Shown here one piece after another: positions 21,618 through 33,500 of a DNA stretch of 64,000 nt. Below the pieces are notes generated by a model, which did not search any database, was not told the origin of the DNA, and saw only the letters and a program-made list of their open reading frames with translations. The stretch comes from Histomonas meleagridis 2922-C6/04-290x (taxonomy: Eukaryota > Protista > Parabasalia), in the NCBI GenBank assembly GCA_020184695.1, contig JAANOX010000026.1, positions 1 through 64,000 of the forward strand. Direction: 5' to 3'. The position numbers were made by a program, and so were the translations under genes. How positions within the stretch are numbered: position 1 is the stretch's first letter; every line of letters starts with the position of its first letter.

Positions 21618-22943
21618 TTAAATGAAATTTTTAATTTGTTTAATATTATTATCAATATTATTAATTAAATTATTAACATTATCATGAAATAAATTATCTT
21701 TTTTATGATTATCATTTTTATTCTTTAAATACTTTTCATAATTTTCTTTATAAATTCTTTTGTTTTGTTCATATTTTGTCTGAAGATTTTTAATTTGTGT
21801 TTTAAGTTTTTGTTCATTTGTTTTATATTTTTGAAGAATTTCTTCGATTTTGTTATTTATTTGTTGATTTTCATTATTTAATATTTCTTTCCTTATTTTA
21901 AGCTCATTATAAATATATTTGTCATTTTCTTCTTCTTCCTCAAGAATATTTTCTTCAATTGATGTTTCGTTTTTATTTTCATTTGTATTTATGTTTTGCT
22001 GTAGTTTTAGTTGTGTTATTTCATTATGAAGTTTTTTTATATTTTCTTCATGTGAAGAAAATTGTTTTGAAGTTTTATTAATTTCTAATTTTAATGAATT
22101 GATAGTTTCATTTAAATGTTCAATGTTTTCAGTGAAATTGATTTGTGTTTTATTAAATTTTGTAATAAGTTCTGTTGAAATTCGTTCTGTTTCTTGGTTA
22201 ATAAAATTAATTTTATTATTATAAATTGTAATTTCATATTCTTCCTCATGTAATATTTTTTCTATTTTTTTGTTTAGTTTTATAAGTTCATTATATTCAA
22301 TTTCTGAATATTTAATTGGAATTGACTTTAATTCGTATTCTTTCTCGATTTTATTCGAATATATTTTTAATGTTTCTTTGATTTTTTGTTGAAGCTCTTC
22401 ATTTAAATAATGTTTCATGATGTCTTTAGATATTTCTTCATATTTTTCTTTAAGTTTTATTGCATCATTATTATAATTTTCATTTGGAATCGTTTCTTCA
22501 AGTTGATTTGTTAAATTAATGTGAAAATCATAGATTGAATGAATAGTTTCATTTTCTTGAAGTAATGTTTCTCTTCGCTTTGCTTCCTCTTTGATTTCTT
22601 CTTCAAGATAATAACATTCGGTTTTGATTTTGGTTAAATATTGAATAATTTTGAAGTGTTCTTCAAGAAGTTCATTAATTCGTTTTTGTTGTGTTTGCAT
22701 TGTTTCCTTTATTGTCTTTGTTTTAAGATTTGCTATTTCACCTTCTGAAACTTCATCTGTTTTATATTTCTCGTTTTCTTCTTTTAATTCTTCCCGTTTA
22801 TTTTTAAGATATCTAATCTCTGTTTTTAATTTTATTTTTTCTTTGAATGATGATGAATAAGAATTTTGATAAATTTTGTTTTCATGTGATCTTGATTGTG
22901 AAACAGATTCTTGATTTCTTTCATTTGATTCACTAGAATTCAT
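21618..22943 (-). CDS. Coiled-coil hypothetical protein, 441 aa
   Basis: ATG ORF with E/K/N/I-rich heptad character. Confidence 0.75.
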   Translation of the reverse strand: MNSSESNERNQESVSQSRSHENKIYQNSYSSSFKEKIKLKTEIRYLKNKREELKEENEKYKTDEVSEGEIANLKTKTIKETMQTQQKRINELLEEHFKIIQYLTKIKTECYYLEEEIKEEAKRRETLLQENETIHSIYDFHINLTNQLEETIPNENYNNDAIKLKEKYEEISKDIMKHYLNEELQQKIKETLKIYSNKIEKEYELKSIPIKYSEIEYNELIKLNKKIEKILHEEEYEITIYNNKINFINQETERISTELITKFNKTQINFTENIEHLNETINSLKLEINKTSKQFSSHEENIKKLHNEITQLKLQQNINTNENKNETSIEENILEEEEENDKYIYNELKIRKEILNNENQQINNKIEEILQKYKTNEQKLKTQIKNLQTKYEQNKRIYKENYEKYLKNKNDNHKKDNLFHDNVNNLINNIDNNIKQIKNFI

Positions 22944-23238
22944 TATAAATGTACGTTTATTGGAAGACGACCGTTTATTGTTTCGCTGAAGATTTAATAT
23001 TAAATTACATTCTATGATTCAATGAAGGAATGTAAAAGATGGTTTAACAACTAAGCTTCAAAAATTTGAATTTGTATGAATATCAATATTTTTTAAATAA
23101 AAAACTGAACATTCATTTATGGTTGAGCTAAATTTTGCAAATGTTTAACAAAGGAAAATATATTTATTAAAAACAATAGAAATAATTTGATGTTTTATTT
23201 AGTAAAACCCTTTTACTGATCAATCAAGAAAAGCAAAT

Positions 23239-25314
23239 CTATCTTTTTTTGAATTCTCTTTCAAATGAATTTTCTTCAACATCATCACTGCTTGAATATC
23301 CAGAAAAATTATTTGTTTGGTTTTCATTAACGGCGTTTATTTTTTCTTTATTTTTTCGCTGATTTCTAAAACGAATTAGCAATATAATAATCAAAGCACC
23401 AATAATTAATATTCCAACTACAACGCCGACAGCTATATAAATAGTTGTTTTACCTTGAGCTTTTACTACTTTGTTATTGGAAATATAAAAATCAGAATAA
23501 TATGTGAAATATTTAGCATAAACAGTAGCTGAATATTTATAAAACAATAGTGATGTTGGAATATATGTAAGTTTTGTTTTGATTTTTGTTTGAATAAATG
23601 ATTTAGAATATGAACGATAAATACTTAATGATTTTGTATATGATAAAATATATGATACAACAAATGAATGTGATCCAATTACGGAAGGTACAAAAGATTT
23701 TGTCTTTATTTTATTTGAGGAAAATGATTTTGATTTAGTAAGTGTTTTTGAATGTACATATGATTGTGATGGCAATGGCTTACATCCACTAATTGTTTCT
23801 TTTGTTATATTTAATTTTCCAAATGTTTGATTTTGATAAGTTTTATATACCATAACAGATTTTGCTAAGACATCAGTAAAACAATCATTTGCAATAAACG
23901 GAGATGTTTTGCCATAAAAATATATACATTTAAGTGAAGTGCAGTTCTTAAAAGCATAACTTCCAATATATTTAACATTTGCGCCAATGAAAATTGTTTC
24001 TAACTTTCGACAAAAAGAAAAAGAACGTTGTTCGATAACAGTAACAGAATCTGGAATGGTTAAATTTGTAAATACGCATTCGCTAAATGCAGAATTGTTT
24101 ATTATTTTTACATTTTTCCCTAATGAAATTGAAAATAACTTAAAACAATATTCAAATGAACAGGGTTCAATAACAGTAACAGAATCTGGAACTTTAAATG
24201 TATTGGACGTATTTCCATTTGGGTAACAAATAATTTTTGAAATATTTTTATTGTACAAAACGCCATCTCTTTTATAATTAGAGAAATATGAATTTCTTTC
24301 AGATATTTTTATGATTTGAAGATTACTACATCGAAGAAATGGATTTGTTGATATTGAAGAAACAGTACTTGAAATTTCAACATATTTAAGTTTATAACAA
24401 TCTTGAAACATAAAAGGCCCAATTGTCTTTACACCTTCATCGAAATACACAGTTTCTAAACTATAACATCCAATGAATACATTTAATCCAATTTTTGTAA
24501 GAGGACTATTAAATTTCACGCTTTTTATTGCAGTACAAGATCGAAATGCACTTGTGCCAATATTTATTATGTTTCTACCAAATGAAACATTTTCTATATA
24601 AGGACATGAATCAAATGCATTTTCTTCAATCGATATTACAGAATTTGGAATTGTGAATGTTTTATTGGTTATCCCAATTGCATAAATAATGAGTGTTGTC
24701 ATATTTTTATCATATAAAATGCCATTATTATCAGAATATTTTTGATTTTTTGTGGAAACTTTTATGTTTTGGAGACTACTACAGCGGAAAAATGAATATG
24801 GTGATATTGAAGAAATTGTTTCTGAAATATTAACACTTTTTAGATATAGGCAATTATGAAACATAAAAGATCCAATTGTTTTCACGCCTTCCTCAAAAGA
24901 TACAGTTGTAAGACCAGTACATTCAAAAAATACATTTGACCCAACCTTTGTAAGAGGACATTTAAATGTTAAATTTTTTAAAGCTTTGCAATATTGAAAT
25001 GCATATGATTCAATATTTGTGATATCCTTTCCAAATGAAACATATTCCAATTTAGAACATGAACTAAATGCACTATGTCCAATCGAAGTAACAGTGTTAT
25101 TAATTTTAACAGTACTTAATAAAGTCCATCGAGAAAAGGCATTGTTGGGAATATTAGTTACATTTGCAATAATAATATGCTTTGTTTTACTTTGGTATTG
25201 CTTTGTAAATTCACTTGAATTCGTAATAGTTAATGTACTTGTTCTATTATCGAAAGTTTGAATTGCATGAGCAAAAAAGAAAATAAATATAATGAAAATA
25301 AATGTCATGTTCAT
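23239..25314 (-). CDS. BspA-like (TpLRR) leucine-rich-repeat type I surface protein
   Basis: Signal peptide MNMTFIFIIFIFFFAHA at 25314, repeated (S/T)IGxxAFxxCxxL units, Ser/Tyr/Thr-rich stalk, TM segment IYIAVGVVVGILIIGALIIILLI and a short acidic tail. Confidence 0.92.
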   Translation of the reverse strand: MNMTFIFIIFIFFFAHAIQTFDNRTSTLTITNSSEFTKQYQSKTKHIIIANVTNIPNNAFSRWTLLSTVKINNTVTSIGHSAFSSCSKLEYVSFGKDITNIESYAFQYCKALKNLTFKCPLTKVGSNVFFECTGLTTVSFEEGVKTIGSFMFHNCLYLKSVNISETISSISPYSFFRCSSLQNIKVSTKNQKYSDNNGILYDKNMTTLIIYAIGITNKTFTIPNSVISIEENAFDSCPYIENVSFGRNIINIGTSAFRSCTAIKSVKFNSPLTKIGLNVFIGCYSLETVYFDEGVKTIGPFMFQDCYKLKYVEISSTVSSISTNPFLRCSNLQIIKISERNSYFSNYKRDGVLYNKNISKIICYPNGNTSNTFKVPDSVTVIEPCSFEYCFKLFSISLGKNVKIINNSAFSECVFTNLTIPDSVTVIEQRSFSFCRKLETIFIGANVKYIGSYAFKNCTSLKCIYFYGKTSPFIANDCFTDVLAKSVMVYKTYQNQTFGKLNITKETISGCKPLPSQSYVHSKTLTKSKSFSSNKIKTKSFVPSVIGSHSFVVSYILSYTKSLSIYRSYSKSFIQTKIKTKLTYIPTSLLFYKYSATVYAKYFTYYSDFYISNNKVVKAQGKTTIYIAVGVVVGILIIGALIIILLIRFRNQRKNKEKINAVNENQTNNFSGYSSSDDVEENSFEREFKKR

Positions 25315-25980
25315 TTTCCTTTTGATTACATGATTTATTGATTTAAATTTTATTGAATGATATATAATTTTTAAAAACGTTGGGAATATCAATGAGATTA
25401 TATAATTAAAATTATGAAAATCCAAGTCCTTTTTCTTAAAAATGAAATCTTTTGAGGAGTTATCAAGTAAAATATTTCCATTTTTAAATTTATTGTTTGA
25501 TGCTTTTTGCATTGCGATCATGGATATGAAACACAGTATTGAATTTATATTTTTAAATAAGTAATAATTTTTTTGATTAAAAAAAAACAGTAACGAAATA
25601 AACTAAATTTTTACCCACAAATTCTGCTGTCTGGTTTTTGAAGTTCGTCCTTAGTCAATAAAAAAAAAAAAAAATTGAATTTGATCAATCACAAGCGGTT
25701 ATTACGAAATTTGAATATAATCAATACTTTACAAAACGGTTTTTCAGAAATGACAACAAAACAAAAAATGTTATTTAATTCTATGTGAAAGTTCTTAATA
25801 GAATATACCATCAAACCTCACCAGGTTTTCATTTCTTGTATTGTATGATTTATTCCTATATTTGCTATTTATTGAGATTAGTGTATCATGCGATTTGTGA
25901 ATTATCAAATCTTTCAAAATATATGTAAAATCATAAAGCAAATCGGAAATTGTTTATATATTTTTTAGCACGATTGGTCA

Positions 25981-26577
25981 TTACTCGGAATCATCATCAA
26001 CAAATACGTCAACTTTAAGATTAACACAGTTAAGAATAGAAGGGTTCTTTACAGCTGCTGCTTCAAACTCTTCCAATGATATTTCTCCATCTCTATTAGC
26101 ATCCATCTGGGTAAACGTGCGATCAATAATTCTTTGAAGTTGCTCATCGGACAAGTGAACAGCAGTATGGCCTCCTAGGCTTAATTGTAGTACTTCTTTG
26201 AGCTCATCCTTGGTTATTCTTCCATTCTTATCTATGTCATAAATGTCGAAGCATAACTTAGCTTTTTCTGAAATTGATGCCCTATTGGTAAGTGCAGACA
26301 GACCAGAAACAAATTCTTCAAAGTCAATGGTTTGATTTGAATCAGCATCAAAAGCAGAAAAAATTCTTTGAGCAAACTGTGCGTTTTGAATTCCAAGTGC
26401 TGTTTGAAATTCGTTTATATCTATCACACCATCATTTACTTGTGAAGCACTCAATTTTTGAAATCTTTTGTATAATACTTTGATCTCATCCTCGGTAAAG
26501 TGAGTTTTGCCCACAAGGTTCTGAGTGACTTCGTCAGTAAGGTTAATAATTTTTGGTTGGCTTCCAGGTTGCCCCAT
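25981..26577 (-). CDS. Calcineurin B-like EF-hand calcium-binding protein
   Basis: MGQPGS N-terminus (myristoylation-type) at 26577; EF loops DADSNQTIDFEE, DIDKNGRITKDE and DANRDGEISLEE. Confidence 0.9.
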   Translation of the reverse strand: MGQPGSQPKIINLTDEVTQNLVGKTHFTEDEIKVLYKRFQKLSASQVNDGVIDINEFQTALGIQNAQFAQRIFSAFDADSNQTIDFEEFVSGLSALTNRASISEKAKLCFDIYDIDKNGRITKDELKEVLQLSLGGHTAVHLSDEQLQRIIDRTFTQMDANRDGEISLEEFEAAAVKNPSILNCVNLKVDVFVDDDSE

Positions 26578-26929
26578 TTGAAAAATTAGTTCCAAAAAAA
26601 TGACATTTTTTTTGATTATATAAACTATTCAATTCCCTCCCTGAAATTCAGCAGCCGTTAAAATAATCGGCCGTTAAATACGATAGTATCAGCTTAACTT
26701 TTTGAATGAAATTCTATTAAAACCGATCGAAAAGTTTTACTCATCATCATACAACTTTGTTGTTTATTTTCAAGAAAAACATCCAAATATAGATAAATAA
26801 TATTAATTATATAATATTATTCAAGTAACATTCCACAAAAAATTTCTTAACAAAACAAAATTTAATTTATTTTTCATATGAGAGTATTCTTAATTTAAAA
26901 ATAAAAAAGATCACTTGGCAGAATTTTAT

Positions 26930-27367
26930 TTAGACCTCAAGGCGAGTGTGGATTGAACGAATAATTGGTCCATTTCCATTGATTTTTGTGATTTCTTCAT
27001 GTGCCTTTAAAAGAAGGTTGCAATCATATGTGCATTTTGGCTTTCCATCAATCATTTCACGTTCAGAGAAACCACGGTAAACAAATTTCATTAAAGTATC
27101 ACGTTCATCATCAGTTAATTCTTTGATGGCAGCTGCAAGTTTAGCCGATTCAATCGAGCACAAAATGGAGCAAACTGCCTTAGCGGCAGCATCCTTGGCT
27201 TCAGTCATCTTTTTAGCTTGAACATCTTTGCTATCGCTTTTTTCGACGACATACTTTGGACGTACTGGCATTTCTTGTAAAACAACCTTGAGAGCCTTTC
27301 CTGGACTTGCACGAACTTGTCCTTTGGCTTCTTCTGCGCGTTGGTTAATTGTATCTACGTATGACAT
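26930..27367 (-). CDS. ARPC5: Arp2/3 complex 16-kDa subunit
   Basis: 145 aa; LTDDERDTLMKFVYRGF and LLLKAHEE...GNGPIIRSIHTRLEV match p16-Arc motifs. Confidence 0.8.
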   Translation of the reverse strand: MSYVDTINQRAEEAKGQVRASPGKALKVVLQEMPVRPKYVVEKSDSKDVQAKKMTEAKDAAAKAVCSILCSIESAKLAAAIKELTDDERDTLMKFVYRGFSEREMIDGKPKCTYDCNLLLKAHEEITKINGNGPIIRSIHTRLEV

Positions 27368-27513
27368 CCGAAAAATGAGGAATTTATCAATTTTTCTGAA
27401 AAACCGCTTTTTGTCTTCTTAATCAAGAGCAATTGTCCTTGTCACTTTTTGAATAATTTAATCAAAAATATAAAGAACTTTCAAAGAATGTTTGGAACTT
27501 CATAAAAAATTAA

Positions 27514-28310
27514 TGAAAGAAGGAGTTAATTCAAATGAAACGATGAAATAGAAGCAATATGTTCAAGAAGGTCATAATCCAAATGAAATAGCAAAAACAA
27601 TTCGAAATGATGAAGTAGAAAAACTTCAAGAAATACCATCACAAAATGATTTTGATTTTAAACAAAGATTAAACCATCACTTTATGAAAGATGTTCATTT
27701 ATTAATGAAGAAAATGTTACATTAATTGATTATGCAACATTTTTTGGATCAGTCAAATGTTATAAATTTTTACTTATGAATGGCTCTAAAGTAAATAATA
27801 CAGGTAAATATGCAATTACAGGTGGAAATATTGAAATTATTCATTTATGTGAACAAAATCATTTGAAAATGCATATGAAGCAGCAATTGAATTTTATCGA
27901 AATGATATCTTTAAATATATTTATGAAAATAAATTAGATAAAATTGAAAAGTTAGAAGAATTAGGAACAAAATGTATTTTATATAACAATTATGAAACTT
28001 TTTTTTATTTAGAAAAAGAAGGAATGAAAATTTGCGATTCACTTATTAATGAATCGTTTTTCATCGAAACGATATATCATTATTTTTATGAATATAAAAT
28101 TGTGCTTATTAAAAACTTAGAAATATTAGGAGTTGCATGTGTTTGTTATCATAACTATGAAATTTTATCATATTTAATAAAGGTAGGAATGAAAATGAAT
28201 GCTTTAGTTATTAATAACTAGTTAAATTTAATCAATTCCAAGGTGTTTTGGTTTTCTCTGCAGCATCAGGAAACATTGAACTTGTAAAATATTTTCTTAA
28301 TCATTCATAA
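27514..28310 (+). pseudogene. Decayed DUF3447-type ankyrin-repeat gene
   Basis: Frameshifted segments IRNDEVEKLQE, PSLYERCSFI..TLIDYATFFGSVKCYKFLLMNG and AITGGNIEIIHLCEQ, with several stops. Confidence 0.8.
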
Positions 28311-28402
28311 GAAATTGTTAAATTACTTTCGAATAAATAGGAAATTAGTAATTATTATATCTTTATTAATTAATAAAATTTTATAATTAAAAAACAATTT
28401 TA

Positions 28403-30289
28403 TTATTGGAAGAAGAAAGGCTTCAATTGACTTTCATCATATAATCGATCACAAATCAAGCATTTATGTTCTCCTGATTTTTGTAAACACATCCTACACA
28501 TTACATGTCCGCATGATGCCAGAATTGTGTCTCTTACATTTTCTTTACAGATTGGACAAATCAGCATTTCTCTGTAATGATCAACTTCATTTCTGTTATA
28601 CTGATCTATACAATCTGGGAGCCACATTTTATAAATTTCTATTTCTTGTTGAGTATGTTCTTTTTCATCGACCAGTGAATCTAATTCAAGTTGACTTCTT
28701 CCAATTTCTAAGCACATCCTATAATTCAATGCCGACAGCTCATCTACTTCTTTTCTTTTTTCTGCTATTTTCACTTCTATATCTTTTTTATCGAAATGGT
28801 TTTGTAGCTCATTGAGGATCTTCTGTTGAACGTTAATTGATTCGTTTAACGTTGAACACAATTTGAATAGGCGGTCTTTCCATTCAAAAACTTCCGGAAG
28901 ATTCAATGAATTTATGATGCTAGAAATTCCTTTTTCGTATTCTTGAATTTGTTCGTCTTCGCTTTGTCTATTTTGTTCATCATACTCTAGCTTACACCTA
29001 TCCACAAGGATGTGAAGTAGTGCACGCTCTTTATCTGCAATTTGATCTAGAATTTGGTTTTGTTGAGATGTGAGATGTGAGATTTCAACTCGTGCTGCTT
29101 GAATCTGTGATACAATTTTGAGCTGATTAGCAACGTTTTGATACTCTTCTGAGTCTTGGTTTTTTGTAAGGAGTTCATTTCGAAGTTTGATTTGAAGTGA
29201 CGAATATATACTATCAGAATAAGTCGAAGCATTACGCGTGGGCTTGCCAAACAAAAGCTGTAATAGTTGTTCTAAGTATGGCTGAATTTCTTTGCGCAAT
29301 TCGATTTCTTCTGATTGCTTCTGAGAAAATACTGTATCGAGCTTTACTGCCTCTTGTTGCATTTCTGAGATGGCTGATTGAACATTTTGGGTAATGTTAT
29401 CGACAAAATGATGAATTGAGTTGATCACTTCGACACATTGCGGAATTATTGAATTTTGTGATTTCAATAAATTTAAGGCAGATAACAAAAAAGAACAACT
29501 TGTTTTGAGGCCAATGAAAAATGGTGAATGGAAAAGATCTTCTTCGCTATAAATATTGACATCAATCTGACTGTTTAAATTATTTTGAGATTTCATCTCT
29601 TGTATGGATTCTTTGAGTTTAGCAATAGCTGAAAGGCGGTTAGCAATGTTCCTAATGAGGTAGCGAAGTTCTAATGTTTCTTCGCTAGAAGATGATAATC
29701 CAGAATTAAGTTCGTTGTAAAGCCATTTTATAAAGGCAGGTGGAAGACTATCAATTGGTTCATTGGTCTCTTCTTCATTATCTTGGTTTTCTTCATTAGG
29801 AGTTGATGATAATTTTTGGAATTCATGATCAAGACGCATTTGTTGATCTTTTAAATAAAGAGTGAATTCTGATGTTCTTCTTGGATAATCTGGTTGTTGA
29901 TATTCTGTCTTGGATAAAATTTTTGCACAATCGCATATTAAATTTTGTAAATCCTTAATATGAGCTTGTGCAAGTTCATAGTCTACTTTGCCAGAAGATA
30001 CAAACGAAGGTCGAATACAATCATCTAGAAATTTGTAAATACCATCAGAACTTATTTCCCCAATTAAATAGCAACTAAACATAAAATCAAATGCAAGAAG
30101 CTCAGTGTTACGTATTATTTCATAGCAATCATTGGACAATATTTCACTTCTTTTTCGATTTTGTTCAATATTAAATTCCATTTGTTTAATTTGTTCTTGT
30201 ATATCTGGTTTCCCATCACCATTAATTAAGTCATCAGGAATAAAATTTTGAACTGTAGGTATATTGTCTGTTTGTGGAGGCTTGATCAT
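28403..30289 (-). CDS. Coiled-coil protein with C-terminal C3HC4 RING finger (BRE1-like architecture)
   Basis: C-terminal CPIC...CGHVMCRMC...CLIC after a long coiled coil. Confidence 0.8.
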   Translation of the reverse strand: MIKPPQTDNIPTVQNFIPDDLINGDGKPDIQEQIKQMEFNIEQNRKRSEILSNDCYEIIRNTELLAFDFMFSCYLIGEISSDGIYKFLDDCIRPSFVSSGKVDYELAQAHIKDLQNLICDCAKILSKTEYQQPDYPRRTSEFTLYLKDQQMRLDHEFQKLSSTPNEENQDNEEETNEPIDSLPPAFIKWLYNELNSGLSSSSEETLELRYLIRNIANRLSAIAKLKESIQEMKSQNNLNSQIDVNIYSEEDLFHSPFFIGLKTSCSFLLSALNLLKSQNSIIPQCVEVINSIHHFVDNITQNVQSAISEMQQEAVKLDTVFSQKQSEEIELRKEIQPYLEQLLQLLFGKPTRNASTYSDSIYSSLQIKLRNELLTKNQDSEEYQNVANQLKIVSQIQAARVEISHLTSQQNQILDQIADKERALLHILVDRCKLEYDEQNRQSEDEQIQEYEKGISSIINSLNLPEVFEWKDRLFKLCSTLNESINVQQKILNELQNHFDKKDIEVKIAEKRKEVDELSALNYRMCLEIGRSQLELDSLVDEKEHTQQEIEIYKMWLPDCIDQYNRNEVDHYREMLICPICKENVRDTILASCGHVMCRMCLQKSGEHKCLICDRLYDESQLKPFFFQ

Positions 30290-30599
30290 TTTTTCTATTT
30301 ATTGTCACTTTTATATGGAGCAATCCAGCAATAAAAACAAATTTAATAATAAAAATTGATTTTTTTCTATGTTATTTGATTCACTTCTAGTTCTTCTACA
30401 TTTTATGGTATTAAATTTTTCTAATATTTATGAATTTGTCGAATTAATTTGAAGATGATTCTAATGTTATCCCAATTTTTTTTTTCATAAAAATCACCAA
30501 CAAAACGAATATGATGAGAATTCCGAATGTATACATTTGTGAAATAATTTTTTAAATGTAGATTGTTTGAAAAAGATTTTATCTGACCGTTTAAAATTA

Positions 30600-33500
30600 A
30601 TGGAGGAAGGAACAAAAGATTTACTTATGAGGCTAAAAAAGATTCACAAAATTTTACAATCTCAAAAAACAAACTCACCTAAGCCTGTATTTGATAATAC
30701 TAAAAAATCAAAAAATCAATCAATTCATAAGTCTCCAAAAATTAAACATTTCAAAAAAATAGATCAACACAAGCATGTTTACACGCAAACTTCAACAGAA
30801 AAAAACAGATCAAAATTAAAACAGGAAATAATGCCAATTCCCATCAAAGGAAAAAAATCTTTCCATAAACAGAAAACCACACCATCAAATTCTCAAACGA
30901 AATCGCAAATTCAGACGTTTGAACATTCTTCATCGAGTTCAACAAGTGATGACTTCATATATAATATTATTTCAAAAAGCAGAAAACCATCAACTAGCTC
31001 ACACAAGGACAACCCAATTAAACCAAAAATTCACACTAAGCAAGTTTTATCAGGAGGTCTATCAGAGATTTTTTCATCTGATTCAGACTTTGATTCAGAT
31101 TTAAATATATACTTGAACGATATATCAACAGTCAAAGCGCCATCAAATATTCACATGAAGTCTCCTTTTCTATTAAGCGATTCCACAGATTCTGATGATC
31201 TACTTGAACGAATGAAACTTTTTTCTTCAGACTCTGATAGTGATTTTGATGAATTTTTACGTAACAGAATCTCAAAAATTCCATTCAATCGCTCAAATTA
31301 TCGAAGTTTCGACTCATCATTTGATGATGAATTTTTCAAATATTCTTTTGGAAATCCAAAACAAAACTATAAAATTGACAATTCTTTCTCATCATCTTCA
31401 TCAGAAATTGATACTGAATTAAAATTATTATTAGAGAAAACAAGTAAAAGTCTCGAAAAAGAAAATATTCCAAAATTTGATTCGAACAAAGTTAAAACAA
31501 CAAAACAAAAAACAGATAAAAGAAATTCTTTAACTGATGAACATATGATTCAAAAAGAGCAAAAAGCTAAAAATAAATTATCACCAAACAAAACGAATGA
31601 AAAAATAAACAAAAAACAAAATAATCGAAAATGTAAATCGCCAGAACACAAATCAATTAATTTAATCAATAAAGCAAGCGAAATCAAACAAAAAGAAAAA
31701 CCAAAAGAAAATTTATATAAAACATCAGAACTGAAGAAAATTAATACAACAAAAACATCACCAAACAAAGCAAATAATAAAAAACAAACAAAAGAACAAA
31801 TAAATTCATCAAATAATAAGTCGCAAACAAATAATAATAAAAATTATCCGAAAGAATTTCTAAATGAACAAATTCCAGAACAACAAAAATCAATTTCACC
31901 GAACAAATCAAAACAAAATAATAAACAAAGAAATTCAAATAAAGAAAAAGATAAACAAATTGATAAAAGAACTTCTAAAGAAGATAATTCATTAAACAAT
32001 AAACAAAATCATTTAGAAATATCCAGTGATGAATTTAATCCTTCGAAATTACGTAAAATTACGCATAAAATTTTATCTTCTGATTCATCTGTTTCAGTAC
32101 AAAATGTTCCAATAAAAGCAAAGCAAAAAGTTAAACTTCAAATCAGTGCTCCAATCGAAATATATTCCAAACCAATGATCATAAAACATAACAAAGAAAA
32201 ACAATTTACTCATGAAAAAGAAAATAAAATAATTAATAATTCGAATACAAATGAAAAATATTTATTTTTACCTGAAATGTTTAAAGTAAATCAAAATTCG
32301 GATAAAATTATAAATATTGAGAATTCAAATGAAACATTTTTAAATGAAAAAGAAGATAAAATTAATAGTGACAATTCATTTTCTAATTTTAGTAATAAAA
32401 TAAATGATATTGAATCAGATAATGATGGAAAATATAATAAAATATTCGAAATGCATGAAGCTGTGAAGCAAAATGGATTTTATCATGAAAAATTCATTGA
32501 CTTGGAAAACGATAAATTAATTTCATCGAATTCACAAAAAGTTATTGAAATTCCTGATATTTATAATGAAATCGAAATATTTAACTCAAATGAAGAAGAA
32601 ATAAATACAAATCCAATGAAAACTAAAGAAAATATTAATAGTGATAAAGAAATATACAGCGAATTATTTAATTCGGAAGAAGAAATAAATGAATTAAATA
32701 TAAATCCAATGAAAACTAAAGAAAATATTTATAGTGATAAAGAAATAAACAGCGAATTATTTAATTCGGAAGAAGAAATAAATGAATTAAATACAAATCC
32801 AATGAAAACTAAAGAAAATATACATAGTGATAAAGAAATCAATAGCGAATTATTTAATTCGGAAGAAGAAATAAATGAAATAAATATAAATCCAATGAAA
32901 ACAAATGAAAATATTAAAAAAGAAACCAAAAACATTTTTAGCGATATCAAAAATAATGAATCAAATGATGGGAAATTGAATAAATCAAATAAAATTCCAA
33001 TAAATATCAACAAAACCTTTAAAGAGATTGATGAATTGTTTTTAGATTCAAACGAATTTGATGAACCAGAAAACATTTTAAGTGATGTTGAATTTGACAA
33101 AGAAATTAATCATTTTGATAAAGAATTAAACAAATCGAATAAAATTCCAATAAATATTAATAAAACCAAAGCAGAAAATAATTTAAGTTTAAATGAATTT
33201 AATGAAAACATTTTTAGCGATATCAAAAATAATGAATCAAATGATGGGAAATTAAATAAATCGAATAAAATTCCAATAAATATCAACAAAACCTTTAAAG
33301 AGATTGATGAATTGTTTTTAGATTCAAACGAATTTGATGAACCAGAAAACATTTTAAGTGATGTTGAACTTGATAAAGAAATTAATCATTTTGATAAAGA
33401 ATTAAACAAATCAAATAAAATCAAAGAAATAGAAAACGAAATTTCTTTGAATGAATCAGAAAACATTTTAAATGACATTGAAACAGATGTAAATAATATG

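Noticed and set aside
23239-25521. ORF-track N-terminal extensions (25521, 26595, 30567, 36422, 49254, 20125)
   Set aside because: Most rely on TTG or GTG starts or AT-rich leader sequence; downstream ATGs give signal peptides, myristoylation motifs or domain starts that fit better.
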